NCBI GenBank assembly: GCA_965230895.1
Contig: OZ246394.1
Location: forward strand, 1,057,887-1,121,886
Length of the DNA: 64,000 nucleotides
DNA from: an uncultured Gammaproteobacteria bacterium
GTDB taxonomy: Bacteria; Patescibacteriota; Microgenomatia; Levybacterales; UBA12049
Direction: 5' to 3'
In this document: in pieces, positions 18,182 to 28,171 of the stretch
Layout: each line of letters begins with the position of its first letter
Numbering within the stretch: position 1 is the stretch's first letter
The notes under the pieces: model-generated
Told to the model about the DNA's origin: nothing
What the model saw: the letters and a program-made list of their open reading frames with translations, nothing else
Databases searched by the model: none
Translations under genes and position numbers: made by a program

Positions 18182-19883
18182 TCAAAGGCTCCACTACCGT
18201 TTCAGCTGAATCGTTATCATTTGTCATGGCTCGGACAGCAGTACCCAAGTACGTATTCAACATTGTATTCAAGCCTGCTTCACCATCATGCGTATCGCTT
18301 GCAAACATTGATGATGATGCATCATCAAGCTGACTTAGAAATGGATAGACAAGAGGTTCTTCCCGTAAGTTTTCCCGCAAATCCTTTCTTGCATATGGTT
18401 CTCCAAAAGCTCGAGTCTTTGCTGCTTCTGCATAAAACTTCTCCGCAGTTTCTTTCTCTGCAAGATATTTCATGAACTCCAATGCAGCTTTTTGGTTTTT
18501 GCTTTTGGATGATACTCCTTCAACCCAATAACTCGCAACCGTTGTTTTTTTACCATATAGCTCTGGTACAGGGTAGATTTTAAATTGTAGGTCTTTATTG
18601 AGCCGCTGAATTGCAAAGACATCCCACGAATATCCGAAATAAATTGCCAATTTCCCTCTACTAAACGCGAGTAGAGAATTATCTAAAGTTCCATCCCATA
18701 CATTTTCATTACCGGTTGCAAAAGATGTGTAAAACTCGAGAGCATCAGCTTGACTCTTTGCAGAAGTAGTAAACTCCTCCATCTTCACTCCTTGCTGGAT
18801 AAACAGTAATGAGATAATGTCTGGCGCATGATTAATATTGTCATACGTACCGAGTGCAGCACCTGCTGTCTGGATCTTGCCTGTTGAATCCTTTATAGTG
18901 AGTTGTTTTGAAACTTTTACAAAATCGTCCCAGTTTGAAGGCACTTGAACGCCAGCATCTTCAAAAAGTTTTGGATTTACAAACATCGCTAGTGAATCTG
19001 CATTGAGCGGGATACCATAAATAGCTCCATTCGATACAAGATCTTTTTGCATAACTGGATAGTATCTTTCTTTAAATTGATCAGGCGTTATAACATCCGA
19101 AGATAACGGAAGAAGGACGTCTCCAAGCATCGGTCGCCATGTATTATGGTAGCGGAAGATATCCGGACCAGAACCATTATCGACACGCGCCAAGAGTCTG
19201 TCGCGATATTCTTGGGGAGTACGCTTCTGATATTCCACATCAATATTGGGATGATCTTTCTCGAAGTCAGCTATAAGTGCCTGCATCGCATTTCCTTCCT
19301 CCCACAACCCCCACCACTGTAATTTAACTTGCTGCGTAGTCTGTCCCTTCGGCATTAAAAAGAAAATGAGTAGCCCCAGAACCAAAAGCGCACCAACGCC
19401 TATTAGTATTTTTTTAAGCAAGCCTCCCCCAAGAAAACCCGCTGGTGGCGGTGGTGGTGCAGCCCCTGCTTCCGTTTGAGCATTTGGATCAATAGGCTGG
19501 CCTGTGGTTGGATCTATGGCGTTAGGGTCAATTGGTTGTCCAGTTGCAGGATCGATAGCGGGAGTTGCATTCGGGTCAACTGTAGAAGGATCAACAGGTT
19601 GGCCTGTGGCTGGATCTATGCTTTGATCTGTAAGCGGCGGGACTGCATTGGGATCGGTTGCTGCTGGGTCCGCTGGAACAGCATTCGGATCAATAGCGGG
19701 ATCTGTTAAGGTAGTATCCGTGACAGGCTGATTAGGATCAACTGCTGTTGGATCAGTCGTTGATGGATCTGCTTGAGAAACTCCATTTGGATCTGCCCCT
19801 GGGGCATTTGGGTCAGCAGGAGGAGGATCACTTGCAGGTGTTCCATCAGGATTGGTTTTATTGAAGACAACATTTTCGTCCAT
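18123..19883 (-). CDS. extracellular solute-binding protein (ABC-type, family-1-like) with a long N-terminal Pro/Asp-rich repeat stalk and a TM anchor
   Basis: N-terminal 140 aa of degenerate repeats (IDPATGQPIDPNA...), then a TM helix, then a ~400-aa periplasmic-binding-protein-like domain. Confidence 0.6.
   Translation of the reverse strand: MDENVVFNKTNPDGTPASDPPPADPNAPGADPNGVSQADPSTTDPTAVDPNQPVTDTTLTDPAIDPNAVPADPAATDPNAVPPLTDQSIDPATGQPVDPSTVDPNATPAIDPATGQPIDPNAIDPTTGQPIDPNAQTEAGAAPPPPPAGFLGGGLLKKILIGVGALLVLGLLIFFLMPKGQTTQQVKLQWWGLWEEGNAMQALIADFEKDHPNIDVEYQKRTPQEYRDRLLARVDNGSGPDIFRYHNTWRPMLGDVLLPLSSDVITPDQFKERYYPVMQKDLVSNGAIYGIPLNADSLAMFVNPKLFEDAGVQVPSNWDDFVKVSKQLTIKDSTGKIQTAGAALGTYDNINHAPDIISLLFIQQGVKMEEFTTSAKSQADALEFYTSFATGNENVWDGTLDNSLLAFSRGKLAIYFGYSWDVFAIQRLNKDLQFKIYPVPELYGKKTTVASYWVEGVSSKSKNQKAALEFMKYLAEKETAEKFYAEAAKTRAFGEPYARKDLRENLREEPLVYPFLSQLDDASSSMFASDTHDGEAGLNTMLNTYLGTAVRAMTNDNDSAETVVEPLNAGVLQVYKKYAISEKKKK
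19480..19760. repeat. degenerate tandem ~24-nt coding repeats (ggatc[ag]at[at]g...ggttg.cc[at]gt) encoding the (I/V)DP(A/N)TGQP stalk
   Basis: Repeated GGATCAAT/GGATCGAT...TGGCCTGTGG units are visible directly in the DNA. Confidence 0.5.
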
Positions 19884-19922
19884 AGCGAGGCCTATTTATA
19901 GTATAATACGTATATACGGACT

Positions 19923-21377
19923 ATGGCAATCTTATCTCAAATCAATCAGCTTGTAAAACAATGGAGAAAGTCATTACCGAAAAAATCGGTAGTAAAACGT
20001 ATTGGAAAAAGTATCTTTTGGTTTACTTTAGGCGGCATCCTCGGTCTATTCTTCTTTATTAGCTTTGTTTATATTCTCTACCAAAATGCCCATAAGGATC
20101 AGGTTTATGATGGTGTTTTGGTCAATGGGATAGATTTTGGTGGTAAATCCGAACAGGAAGTGAAAGCCTATTTCCTCGAAAAAAATAAAAAAATTCAGGA
20201 TACAACTTTTACACTTACCTCTCCGCAAGCAACCGCAACAATATCAGCAGCAGAACTTCAGTTTGGATATGATGCTGATTTACTGGCAATGCAGGCAATG
20301 AGTATCGGAAGATCAGATGATCTCCTTTCAAATATGAGCCTTATTCTCCAAGCCTATGTCCAAAATGTACAACTTGCACCCGCTTATAAGTATTCAGAGC
20401 AAAATCTAGATGCAACCTTCGCGACATTGAAAGAAAAGGTAGACATAAAGCCTGTTGATCCACTCTTTAATTTTGAAAACAACAGAGTAGTATCTTTTAG
20501 ACTGGGCAGTGATGGAAAGGCTGTTGATGAAGATACCTTGGCAGAAGTCATTTTGTCGCAATCAAGATCAGCTTTACTCAGTGAGAAACCACAAACAGTC
20601 ACTATAGCTGTCCCGATCAGGTCTGTCCCATCCGCAGTTGCGGAGGACAGAGCAAAAGATCTGGGTATTAAAGAAAAAGTTGGAGAAGGTACTTCACGAT
20701 TTATTGGCTCGATTGAAAATCGTATCTTCAACATCAGTCTTGCTGCAACTCGATTAAACGGTACTATTATAAAGCCTGGTGAAGTATTCTCATTTAATAA
20801 AGCTGTTGGTGATATCTCTGTATTTAACGGTTACAGGCAAGCATATGTTATTAGTGGGGGCAAAACTGTCCTTGGAGACGGCGGTGGTGTCTGCCAGGTT
20901 TCAACGACGTTGTTCCGAGCAGCACTTGATGCTGGATTACCAATTGTTGAGAGAAACCCGCATGCATATCGCGTTAGTTACTATGAAGCAGAATCGGGGC
21001 CAGGAATTGATGCTGCAATCTATACACCAAATGTTGATTTGAAATTCAAGAATGATACTCCGAAGTCATTGTTGATACAAACATATATTGATCTGGAAAC
21101 ACAACGGCTTACATTCGCATTATACGGAACACCTGACGATCGAGAAGTTTCTATTTCAAAGCCAGTGGTAGTTTCGGAAAGTCCTGCACCAGAACCTGCA
21201 TACCAGGATGATCCAAATCTACCAAAGGGAGAGGTAAAACAAGTTGATTTTGCTGCACCTGGAGCAAATGTATACTTCACAAGAACTGTTACTAAAGATG
21301 GCGAAACAAAAACTGATAAATTTGCTTCAAACTATAGACCATGGCAAGCAGTCTATCTACGTGGAACGAAGGAATAG
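19923..21377 (+). CDS. VanW-family protein with N-terminal TM anchor
   Basis: VanW core SRFIGSIENRIFNI...GEVFSFNKAVGDIS...GGGVCQVSTTLFRAALDAGLPIVERNPHAYRVSYY. Confidence 0.7.
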   Translation: MAILSQINQLVKQWRKSLPKKSVVKRIGKSIFWFTLGGILGLFFFISFVYILYQNAHKDQVYDGVLVNGIDFGGKSEQEVKAYFLEKNKKIQDTTFTLTSPQATATISAAELQFGYDADLLAMQAMSIGRSDDLLSNMSLILQAYVQNVQLAPAYKYSEQNLDATFATLKEKVDIKPVDPLFNFENNRVVSFRLGSDGKAVDEDTLAEVILSQSRSALLSEKPQTVTIAVPIRSVPSAVAEDRAKDLGIKEKVGEGTSRFIGSIENRIFNISLAATRLNGTIIKPGEVFSFNKAVGDISVFNGYRQAYVISGGKTVLGDGGGVCQVSTTLFRAALDAGLPIVERNPHAYRVSYYEAESGPGIDAAIYTPNVDLKFKNDTPKSLLIQTYIDLETQRLTFALYGTPDDREVSISKPVVVSESPAPEPAYQDDPNLPKGEVKQVDFAAPGANVYFTRTVTKDGETKTDKFASNYRPWQAVYLRGTKE

Positions 21378-21379
21378 AA

Positions 21380-21862
21380 ATGAATAAAATCTTCAAGGCA
21401 GAACAATTGAAACAAGATGCACATCTTATCAGCGGAACAAATAAAAAACTTGTGCTCGCAGGTGGATGTTTTGACATCTTACATGTAGGTCATATCGCTT
21501 TCTTAGAAAAAGCAAAAGAGCAAGGAGATCTTTTGTGTATCCTGTTGGAATCAGATGAAAGTATCAGGAAATCTAAAGGTGAGAAGCGTCCGGTGAATAC
21601 GCAAAAGGATCGAGCAAAACTCCTTTCCGCACTTGAAATGGTCGATACTATTATAGAATTGGAGCCAAATATGTCTAACGCTGATTACGACGCTCTGGTA
21701 TTTGCTTTAAAACCTGCTATAATCGCAACAACGAAAGGCGATAAAAATAGAATACATAAAGAGCGCCAAGCAAACAATATAAACGCACAAGTCATTGATG
21801 TTGTAGACAATGTTGAGAACCAGTCAACAACCCATGTATTCAAAATACTACAAGAACTATGA
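21380..21862 (+). CDS. cytidylyltransferase-like nucleotidyltransferase (HxGH family; RfaE-domain-II / TagD-like)
   Basis: LVLAGGCFDILHVGHIAFL (HxGH); ~160 aa. Start moved to ATG 21380 (MNKIF) with AAGGAA upstream; the track start at 21341 lies inside VanW. Confidence 0.6.
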   Translation: MNKIFKAEQLKQDAHLISGTNKKLVLAGGCFDILHVGHIAFLEKAKEQGDLLCILLESDESIRKSKGEKRPVNTQKDRAKLLSALEMVDTIIELEPNMSNADYDALVFALKPAIIATTKGDKNRIHKERQANNINAQVIDVVDNVENQSTTHVFKILQEL

Positions 21863-22338
21863 GTTTAAGTAAAATAATTATTATCTTTGTTGTTATATTA
21901 TTGGTGTTTGGAGGAGTACTTTTTTACCAATTTAGTCAGGCAAGTATCCCAACTTCAAAAGCAACATTTGGCGAACGCACATTTTTAATCTCGGTCGCAA
22001 GGACACCGGAAGAGATGCAAAAAGGACTTTCCGGAAGAAATTCTTTACCAAAAGATCAAGGTATGATTTTTGTTTTTGAACAACCAGGTGATCCTGCATT
22101 TTGGATGAAAGATATGAAGTTCCCACTTGATATGGTGTTTATTAATAATGATAAAATCGTTTCAATTGCAAAGAATGCAAAACCAGCCGAAGCAAATGAT
22201 GAGAACCCACCACTCTATACAGCAGGACAACAGGTTGATAAGGTTTTAGAGATCAATGGTGGATTAGCGGACGAGTATAAACTAAAAGTTGGAGATACAG
22301 TAAAGCTTGAACTAAAAGAGTCGACCACGAAGAAGTAA
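21859..22338 (+). CDS. DUF192 (COG1430) family secreted/membrane-anchored protein
   Basis: N-terminal TM; MQKGLSGRNSLPKDQGMIFVF...FWMKDMKFPLDMVFINNDKIV characteristic of DUF192. Confidence 0.6.
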   Translation: MSLSKIIIIFVVILLVFGGVLFYQFSQASIPTSKATFGERTFLISVARTPEEMQKGLSGRNSLPKDQGMIFVFEQPGDPAFWMKDMKFPLDMVFINNDKIVSIAKNAKPAEANDENPPLYTAGQQVDKVLEINGGLADEYKLKVGDTVKLELKESTTKK

Positions 22339-22980
22339 GTACATTATTAAATAGTGTATAGGATAAATGAGATAGAAAAGAAACTGCACTTTAACCCCCT
22401 CTTTATTATTGTAGAAATGAATGAAAATAAGTGATAACAATCCTGTCAGTTGTACGATACCAAGCGTATTTCCTTGAGACAAAAAATACAAAGACATCAA
22501 GAAATATATCCAAATTTGCGAAATGATCAGTGCGTGTTTCTTTTTGAAGTACACATAAAACGCAACAATTGACAGGACACCAAATCCAAGATAATCAGTT
22601 TGCAACGAGGTAGCAAGCGCGGCAGCAACTGCGGTTATGAGCACCCAATGAATTTTCATTGACGTCTTTTTAATGAAAATTATTGCACCCAATCCAATAC
22701 TCAAAGTAAAGAATATATTTAATGCAGTAGTATGAGGATCAATCATTCTATTGAGGAGCATGTATGGGTACTGAGACAGAATCGCAAGCAACAAAAGACG
22801 GATGAAATATTTATTTATACTTTTTGTGTGATAGGCGCCATTTGCGATTAACCATGCAAACAATGGGAATGATAATCTTCCTATTGCCCGAAGCAGAAAA
22901 CTTTCAGGGAAAAAGAATAAACCAATATGATCAATCAGCATTGTTATGACTGCAATTAGTTTTATATGAAATACATTCAT
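22312..22980 (-). CDS. TraX-family integral membrane protein
   Basis: Begins MNVFHIKLIAVITMLIDHIG (TraX N-terminal signature LKxIAxxxMxxDHIG); polytopic membrane protein; 3' end converges and overlaps by 27 nt with DUF192. Confidence 0.45.
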   Translation of the reverse strand: MNVFHIKLIAVITMLIDHIGLFFFPESFLLRAIGRLSFPLFAWLIANGAYHTKSINKYFIRLLLLAILSQYPYMLLNRMIDPHTTALNIFFTLSIGLGAIIFIKKTSMKIHWVLITAVAAALATSLQTDYLGFGVLSIVAFYVYFKKKHALIISQIWIYFLMSLYFLSQGNTLGIVQLTGLLSLIFIHFYNNKEGVKVQFLFYLIYPIHYLIMYLLLRGRLF

Positions 22981-23033
22981 CGCTTCTTTTATTATAGAGC
23001 TTTCCGTGACAAATGATATAATGAGGTCGCATT

Positions 23034-24044
23034 ATGAAAATACTCGGAATTGAAACATCATGTGATGAAACTTCAGCTGCAGTACTCGAAGGTGAAGGAA
23101 ATAAACTACAACTGAAATCAAACGTTGTTGCGTCCTCACTTGCAATGCATATTCCCACAGGAGGAATAATCCCTGAAAATGCAGCACGGGAACAATTAAA
23201 ATTTATACTTCCAGTTATCAACCAAGCTATTGAAGAAGCTGAAACAGATCTAAAATCCATTAATGCAATTGCTGTAACCTATGGTCCTGGGCTTATTGGA
23301 TCACTCCTTGTAGGCGTTGAGACAGCAAAAACAATTGCTTATGTTTTGGATAAACCACTTATTCCGATTAATCATATGGTCGGACATATCTATGCAAACT
23401 TTATCAATCAAGAAAGTATTACTTTTCCTTTACTCGCTCTTGTTGTTTCGGGTGGACATACAGATCTTTTACTTATGAAAGAGCATGGACATTTTCAGTT
23501 ACTTGGTGGTACAAGAGATGACGCTGCAGGTGAAGCTCTAGATAAGATAGGCAGACTCATTGATGTAGCATACCCAGCTGGACCCGTCATTGAAAAGCTT
23601 GCAAAGGAAGGTGATCCGAAAAGATTCCGTTTTCCACGCCCGCTTGTAGGTTCACCCGATTTTGATTTTTCTTTCTCAGGTCTTAAAACTGCAGTACTTC
23701 GTGAAGTTAAAGCATTGGATAGCATTGACGAGCAAACAAGAAAAGATATTTCGAGGGGCACACTTGATGCGATTATCGATATCCTAATTAAGAAAACATT
23801 GAAAGCAGCGCAACAGCATAATGTGAAGACAATTATCCTTTCAGGTGGAGTTGCAGCCAATCAAACACTGAGCAACGCATTTAAAGATGAGCTAGAAAAG
23901 AGACGGCTTGGAATCAACTTTTTTGTTCCTCCAAGAAGCCTTTGTACAGATAATGCAGCAATGATTGCAGCAGCTGGATACTTTAACCCAAAGAGTAAAC
24001 CCTTGAACGATATTACTGCAAATCCCGAGCTTTATTTTGACTAA
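23034..24044 (+). CDS. tsaD: tRNA N6-adenosine threonylcarbamoyltransferase
   Basis: MKILGIETSCDETSAAV..., GPGLIGSLLVGV, VSGGHT, GGVAAN - canonical Kae1/TsaD motifs. Confidence 0.85.
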   Translation: MKILGIETSCDETSAAVLEGEGNKLQLKSNVVASSLAMHIPTGGIIPENAAREQLKFILPVINQAIEEAETDLKSINAIAVTYGPGLIGSLLVGVETAKTIAYVLDKPLIPINHMVGHIYANFINQESITFPLLALVVSGGHTDLLLMKEHGHFQLLGGTRDDAAGEALDKIGRLIDVAYPAGPVIEKLAKEGDPKRFRFPRPLVGSPDFDFSFSGLKTAVLREVKALDSIDEQTRKDISRGTLDAIIDILIKKTLKAAQQHNVKTIILSGGVAANQTLSNAFKDELEKRRLGINFFVPPRSLCTDNAAMIAAAGYFNPKSKPLNDITANPELYFD

Positions 24045-24633
24045 TATGTATCCAACATACGAACAGATTGAACAACTTCATAGAAAATATGCTCTTTCAG
24101 AAGAGCTTTTTGAACTTGTCTTTACACACTGCAAAATTGTATCGGAAATCGCAGAAGAGCTAATACAAAAAAAGGGGTTGGACGCAAATAAGGATCTCGT
24201 AAAAACAAGTGCGCTTCTTCATGATATCGGTACTTACAAGTTCATGGATGAATTTACTAGGACCGGTACCTCAAAATATTATCAACATGGACTTGAAGGA
24301 TATAACATTCTTAAGCAAGAAGGTTTACCAGAAGAAATTTGTCTCGTTGTACTCCATCATATGCGATTGGGTCTAACGAAAGAAGCTATACAACACGAGC
24401 AGCTAGATCTTCCTGTAGAAGATTATTCTCCGACAACAATCGAAGAGCAATTAGTCATGTTTGCAGATAAATTTCATTCGAAGAAGCCTCAATTCAATTC
24501 GTACGAGGGATACAAAAACTTTATCAGCCAATTTGGAGAGGCACAAGTAAATACGTTTGTGACTTTAGCTGAAAAATTTGGTACACCTGATATAGCAAAG
24601 CTTGGAGAAAAATATCATCATCCTATCAAGTAA
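24037..24633 (+). CDS. HD-domain phosphohydrolase
   Basis: LLHDIGTYKF and VVLHHMRLG (HD motif); the start overlaps the tsaD stop. Confidence 0.55.
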   Translation: MTNMYPTYEQIEQLHRKYALSEELFELVFTHCKIVSEIAEELIQKKGLDANKDLVKTSALLHDIGTYKFMDEFTRTGTSKYYQHGLEGYNILKQEGLPEEICLVVLHHMRLGLTKEAIQHEQLDLPVEDYSPTTIEEQLVMFADKFHSKKPQFNSYEGYKNFISQFGEAQVNTFVTLAEKFGTPDIAKLGEKYHHPIK

Positions 24634-24685
24634 CTTCTATAACAAAATACATCTAGTAATATCAAACTAGTCTGTTATACTAGAG

Positions 24686-25333
24686 ATGAAAGTACACATG
24701 ATGAAAATCCTGTCCTTGATCCTCACAAGCTTTATGCTCATACTCCTTGCATTCCCCGCGACAGCATCCGCACAAGAAAAGCGTAACTATTCGAACCATA
24801 TATTTATCTTGCAGCAATTTCTTTTATCACATTCTACAACTGAGTTATACAACAATAAGGTACTTGGTTTAAAAACAAAAGAAAAACCAACAAGTTTAAG
24901 AACAGAGCCCTCTCCTTCAGCTAAGAGATCTTCTGAGAAACCTACAACATCAAAACCTACAGTCCAAGATGAGCCATCTTCTTCCGAGCCAATGACTTAT
25001 ATCATGCAAGGTATCAATGCATATCGTGCTTCGCAAGGTCTTGGAGCAGTACGAACAAGTACAGAGACATGCGCCTTTGCATCGATACGGGCACAAGAAA
25101 TCAATGGGAGTTTTTCTCATGATGGATTCCAAAGTAGAGCTGACAGTAAAACACTTCCTTATAGTTCCTGGTCGGGTATAACAGAGAATATCGCTATGAC
25201 GTCGGACTATAAAAGTGTCGTGGACATGTGGGCAAATTCTCCTGGACATGCAGCAAATATGCGAGCAAATACTCCATATGTTTGTGTCCGACAAAATGGA
25301 AATTATTTCGCATACGAAGGGATGAAACCTTAG
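24686..25333 (+). CDS. secreted CAP (SCP/PR-1-like) domain protein with Ser/Thr/Pro-rich linker
   Basis: Signal peptide (LILLAFPATASA); low-complexity linker; CAP core QGINAYRASQGL...SPGHAANM...YVCV. Confidence 0.6.
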   Translation: MKVHMMKILSLILTSFMLILLAFPATASAQEKRNYSNHIFILQQFLLSHSTTELYNNKVLGLKTKEKPTSLRTEPSPSAKRSSEKPTTSKPTVQDEPSSSEPMTYIMQGINAYRASQGLGAVRTSTETCAFASIRAQEINGSFSHDGFQSRADSKTLPYSSWSGITENIAMTSDYKSVVDMWANSPGHAANMRANTPYVCVRQNGNYFAYEGMKP

Positions 25334-25370
25334 CTTCCTTTTTGCAGAGCCACCTTGTATAATCGGCTGT

Positions 25371-26351
25371 ATGGCTCCTCTAATCATCGACGATAGAATC
25401 TATGGCAAGATTACAATAACTGATTCATTAATTGTCGATCTCATCAACTCAAAACCTTTCCAACGGTTAAAGAAAATTAATCAGAATGGCGCAGGGAATT
25501 ACATCCAAACATTTAGAAATGTTACACGGTATGAACATTGCATAGGCACTTGGTATTTATCTGCCAAATTTAATCGTCCAATTGAAGAACAAGTTGCTTC
25601 TCTATTACATGATCTCCCACACACCGCATTTTCTCATGTTATTGATTATGTTGTAGAAGATAAGAAGTACGAATACCATGATCATTTCTTGAAAAAGATT
25701 ATTATGAATTCAGAAATCCCTCAAATCCTTGCAAAACATAATATATCGCTTGAGAAAGTTTTAGCAAAGGACAGCTTCCCATTATTAAATAATGATTTAC
25801 CTGATATCTCTGTTGACCGGTGGGACTATTTTATGAGAGACGGACATTCATGCAATCTTCTCCCCCAGCAGACAATAAACTTTTTCCTTGAGCATGTAAA
25901 AGAACAGAATGAAAAGTTTTATTTTGAAGATCCCAAAATTGCGAGCTTGTTTGCAATTATGTTTATGAATTGTGCGAGATTAATTTGGCTCGATCCAACA
26001 TCAGTTGGCGCATTTTTCTTGCTTTCAGATGCAATCAAGATTGGATTAGAAAAAGATTATATTTCAAAAGAAGATTTTTTTACAACAGATGATGTGCTTA
26101 TGGAAAAATTAATATCAACAAACGATAACGATATCATGCATTTCTTAAATCGATTAAAACCAAACAAAGAGTTCCATTTTGCACCAAGAGAAGAAGCTGA
26201 ATTTTATGGACCAAACAAACCACGTTTTGTTGATCCTTGGGTTTTGGAGAGTGGCGAACTCGTTTTACTTTCAAGCATCATTCCTGGACTACATGAGTAT
26301 CACATGGAATTTAAAGAACGATATGCACATGAAGCAGTTTCGCAGTCATGA
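25371..26351 (+). CDS. HD-domain protein (dNTP/nucleotide phosphohydrolase-like)
   Basis: H...LLHDLPHTAFSH HD signature; 326 aa. Confidence 0.5.
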   Translation: MAPLIIDDRIYGKITITDSLIVDLINSKPFQRLKKINQNGAGNYIQTFRNVTRYEHCIGTWYLSAKFNRPIEEQVASLLHDLPHTAFSHVIDYVVEDKKYEYHDHFLKKIIMNSEIPQILAKHNISLEKVLAKDSFPLLNNDLPDISVDRWDYFMRDGHSCNLLPQQTINFFLEHVKEQNEKFYFEDPKIASLFAIMFMNCARLIWLDPTSVGAFFLLSDAIKIGLEKDYISKEDFFTTDDVLMEKLISTNDNDIMHFLNRLKPNKEFHFAPREEAEFYGPNKPRFVDPWVLESGELVLLSSIIPGLHEYHMEFKERYAHEAVSQS

Positions 26352-26363
26352 TACAATAGCCCT

Positions 26364-27398
26364 ATGCAAGATCTGTCCATCATCCTCGCTGTTATTATCC
26401 TCGGTTTTGTGGGATTATTCTTTTTCATTAATAAAAAATTATCAGTGCAGCAAAAGCCTCAAACAGACCAAGCATTAGTCGAATGGTTGAAGACAATGCA
26501 AGCTTCTCTCGAGGTCACAAATAAAACTCTTAATGAATCAATGCAATCAAATTCTTCAACGATGGTTCGTACCCTTCAAGAAAATTCCAAACAATTAAAT
26601 GAAAGACTTGATAAAGCAGCTGAAGTTATACGAGATGTAGGTAAAGAAGTTGGTCAAATGAGTGAAATTGGTCGAAATATGCGAGAACTCCAAGACTTTC
26701 TTAAAAGTCCGAAACTACGAGGAAATATTGGTGAACAAGTGCTTAAGGATTTGATTACCCAAATTTTTCCTAAGAATAGTTTTCATTTACAATATCAATT
26801 TAAATCTGGAGAGAAGGTTGATGCTGCAATACAAACAGACGCGGGGATATTGCCAATTGATTCAAAATTTCCAATGGAGAACTTTCAAAAATTTGTTAAA
26901 GCGGAAAGTGAAGCAGAAAAAAAATCATATCAAAAAGAATTTGCACGTGATATTAAAAAACATATTGATGCAATTGCAAAGAAATATATCCTTCCTGATG
27001 AAGGAACAATGGATTTCGCATTAATGTATGTACCAAGTGAAAGCGTTTTTTACGAAATTGTAACTATGGATGATGTTGTGGATTATGCAAGAAAAAATCG
27101 AGTGTATATCGTATCTCCAAGTACACTCTATGCACATCTTCAAACAATTCTTCTCTCGTATGAAGGGAAAAAGATTGAGGAGCAATCCAGGGAAGTTCTG
27201 CGGTTATTGCGAGGTTTGCAGATTGATTATGATAAAGTAAATGATTCAATGGATGTTCTGGGAAAGCATTTAAATAACGCATCGAATCAATACGTAAACG
27301 TTAATAAAGGCTTTCTTGGGTTAGGGACAAAGCTTTCAAGTGTAAAACATCTAAGTTCTTCTGTGCAAAAAGAGATTTCTAAAGAATTAGCAGAGTAG
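26364..27398 (+). CDS. rmuC: DNA recombination protein RmuC
   Basis: N-terminal TM, long coiled coil, RmuC C-terminal core (ILPIDSKFPMENF...DFALMYVPSESVFYEIV). Confidence 0.7.
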   Translation: MQDLSIILAVIILGFVGLFFFINKKLSVQQKPQTDQALVEWLKTMQASLEVTNKTLNESMQSNSSTMVRTLQENSKQLNERLDKAAEVIRDVGKEVGQMSEIGRNMRELQDFLKSPKLRGNIGEQVLKDLITQIFPKNSFHLQYQFKSGEKVDAAIQTDAGILPIDSKFPMENFQKFVKAESEAEKKSYQKEFARDIKKHIDAIAKKYILPDEGTMDFALMYVPSESVFYEIVTMDDVVDYARKNRVYIVSPSTLYAHLQTILLSYEGKKIEEQSREVLRLLRGLQIDYDKVNDSMDVLGKHLNNASNQYVNVNKGFLGLGTKLSSVKHLSSSVQKEISKELAE

Positions 27399-27438
27399 AC
27401 TTGTATTTTAAAGCCTTTCTTTGTACACTTAAATTATT

Positions 27439-27801
27439 ATGAATTTTGCAGCACTTGCACCAAGACCAGTCTATCGATCAATGAGTCGTCCAGTAAAAGT
27501 TTCACCGAACGGAAATATGTACAAGATTGCTGTGGCTCGCAACGATGCTTCAGGTAATACGATTCAAAACCACGAGATCTGGATGACTAAAGAAGCCGTT
27601 CAAAAGCATTTTGGAGGAATGAATGAAGATCCGAAGAACTATCAATTGATGCAATTCGCAAAGCGTGTTTATGATAAGCAACTACTTACAGCAAATGGAA
27701 AACTTCCGCACAACGGAATTCTCGTCACAACTGAGGGTGTAACTCACGGAAACACAAAACTTTGGCCAAATACACTTGTTCATCCGGAAGTTAAGTATTA
27801 G
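27439..27801 (+). CDS. hypothetical protein
   Basis: 120-aa ORF with ATG start and no recognisable motif. Confidence 0.35.
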   Translation: MNFAALAPRPVYRSMSRPVKVSPNGNMYKIAVARNDASGNTIQNHEIWMTKEAVQKHFGGMNEDPKNYQLMQFAKRVYDKQLLTANGKLPHNGILVTTEGVTHGNTKLWPNTLVHPEVKY

Positions 27802-28120
27802 AATCCTCCAAAGTAAAGTGTCCCATTGGTCCATAAGCTTCGACCAAACTTCCATCTTCTAATGAAAATAATGCTCCTTTAAAACTGCTCTTCCCTTTTT
27901 TTATTGTGAATAATAGATATTCCTCTTTCGGCGATGAGGATATAGAAAAGAATCTTGTTGTGCCTCGATCGTCTGCATCATGAGACATTATTAATTGTAC
28001 ATATTGCCCTGAGATAAATTTGAAACCTTCGGGTTTGGTGAAATAAAAAGTACAAATAGTAGGATGTATAAATTCTTTCTTAATAAGTTTTAATGACATT
28101 CTCTTTGCCGAGACTTTCAT
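27791..28120 (-). CDS. truncated ferredoxin-reductase-type FAD-binding domain protein (possible gene remnant)
   Basis: RFFSISS (RxYS FAD motif) and AYGPMGHF (GPxG hinge), but the ORF ends directly after the hinge with no NAD(P)-binding domain; no continuation in other frames. Confidence 0.4.
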   Translation of the reverse strand: MKVSAKRMSLKLIKKEFIHPTICTFYFTKPEGFKFISGQYVQLIMSHDADDRGTTRFFSISSSPKEEYLLFTIKKGKSSFKGALFSLEDGSLVEAYGPMGHFTLEDSNT

Positions 28121-28171
28121 AGAGCTATTATAGTTTATTTTTTATTTTGCATTCACAGTAAATATGCTAGA

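Noticed and set aside
21341-21379. Track start at 21341 for the cytidylyltransferase-like gene
   Set aside because: It lies inside the VanW coding region. The ATG at 21380 is preceded by AAGGAA and begins directly after the VanW stop.
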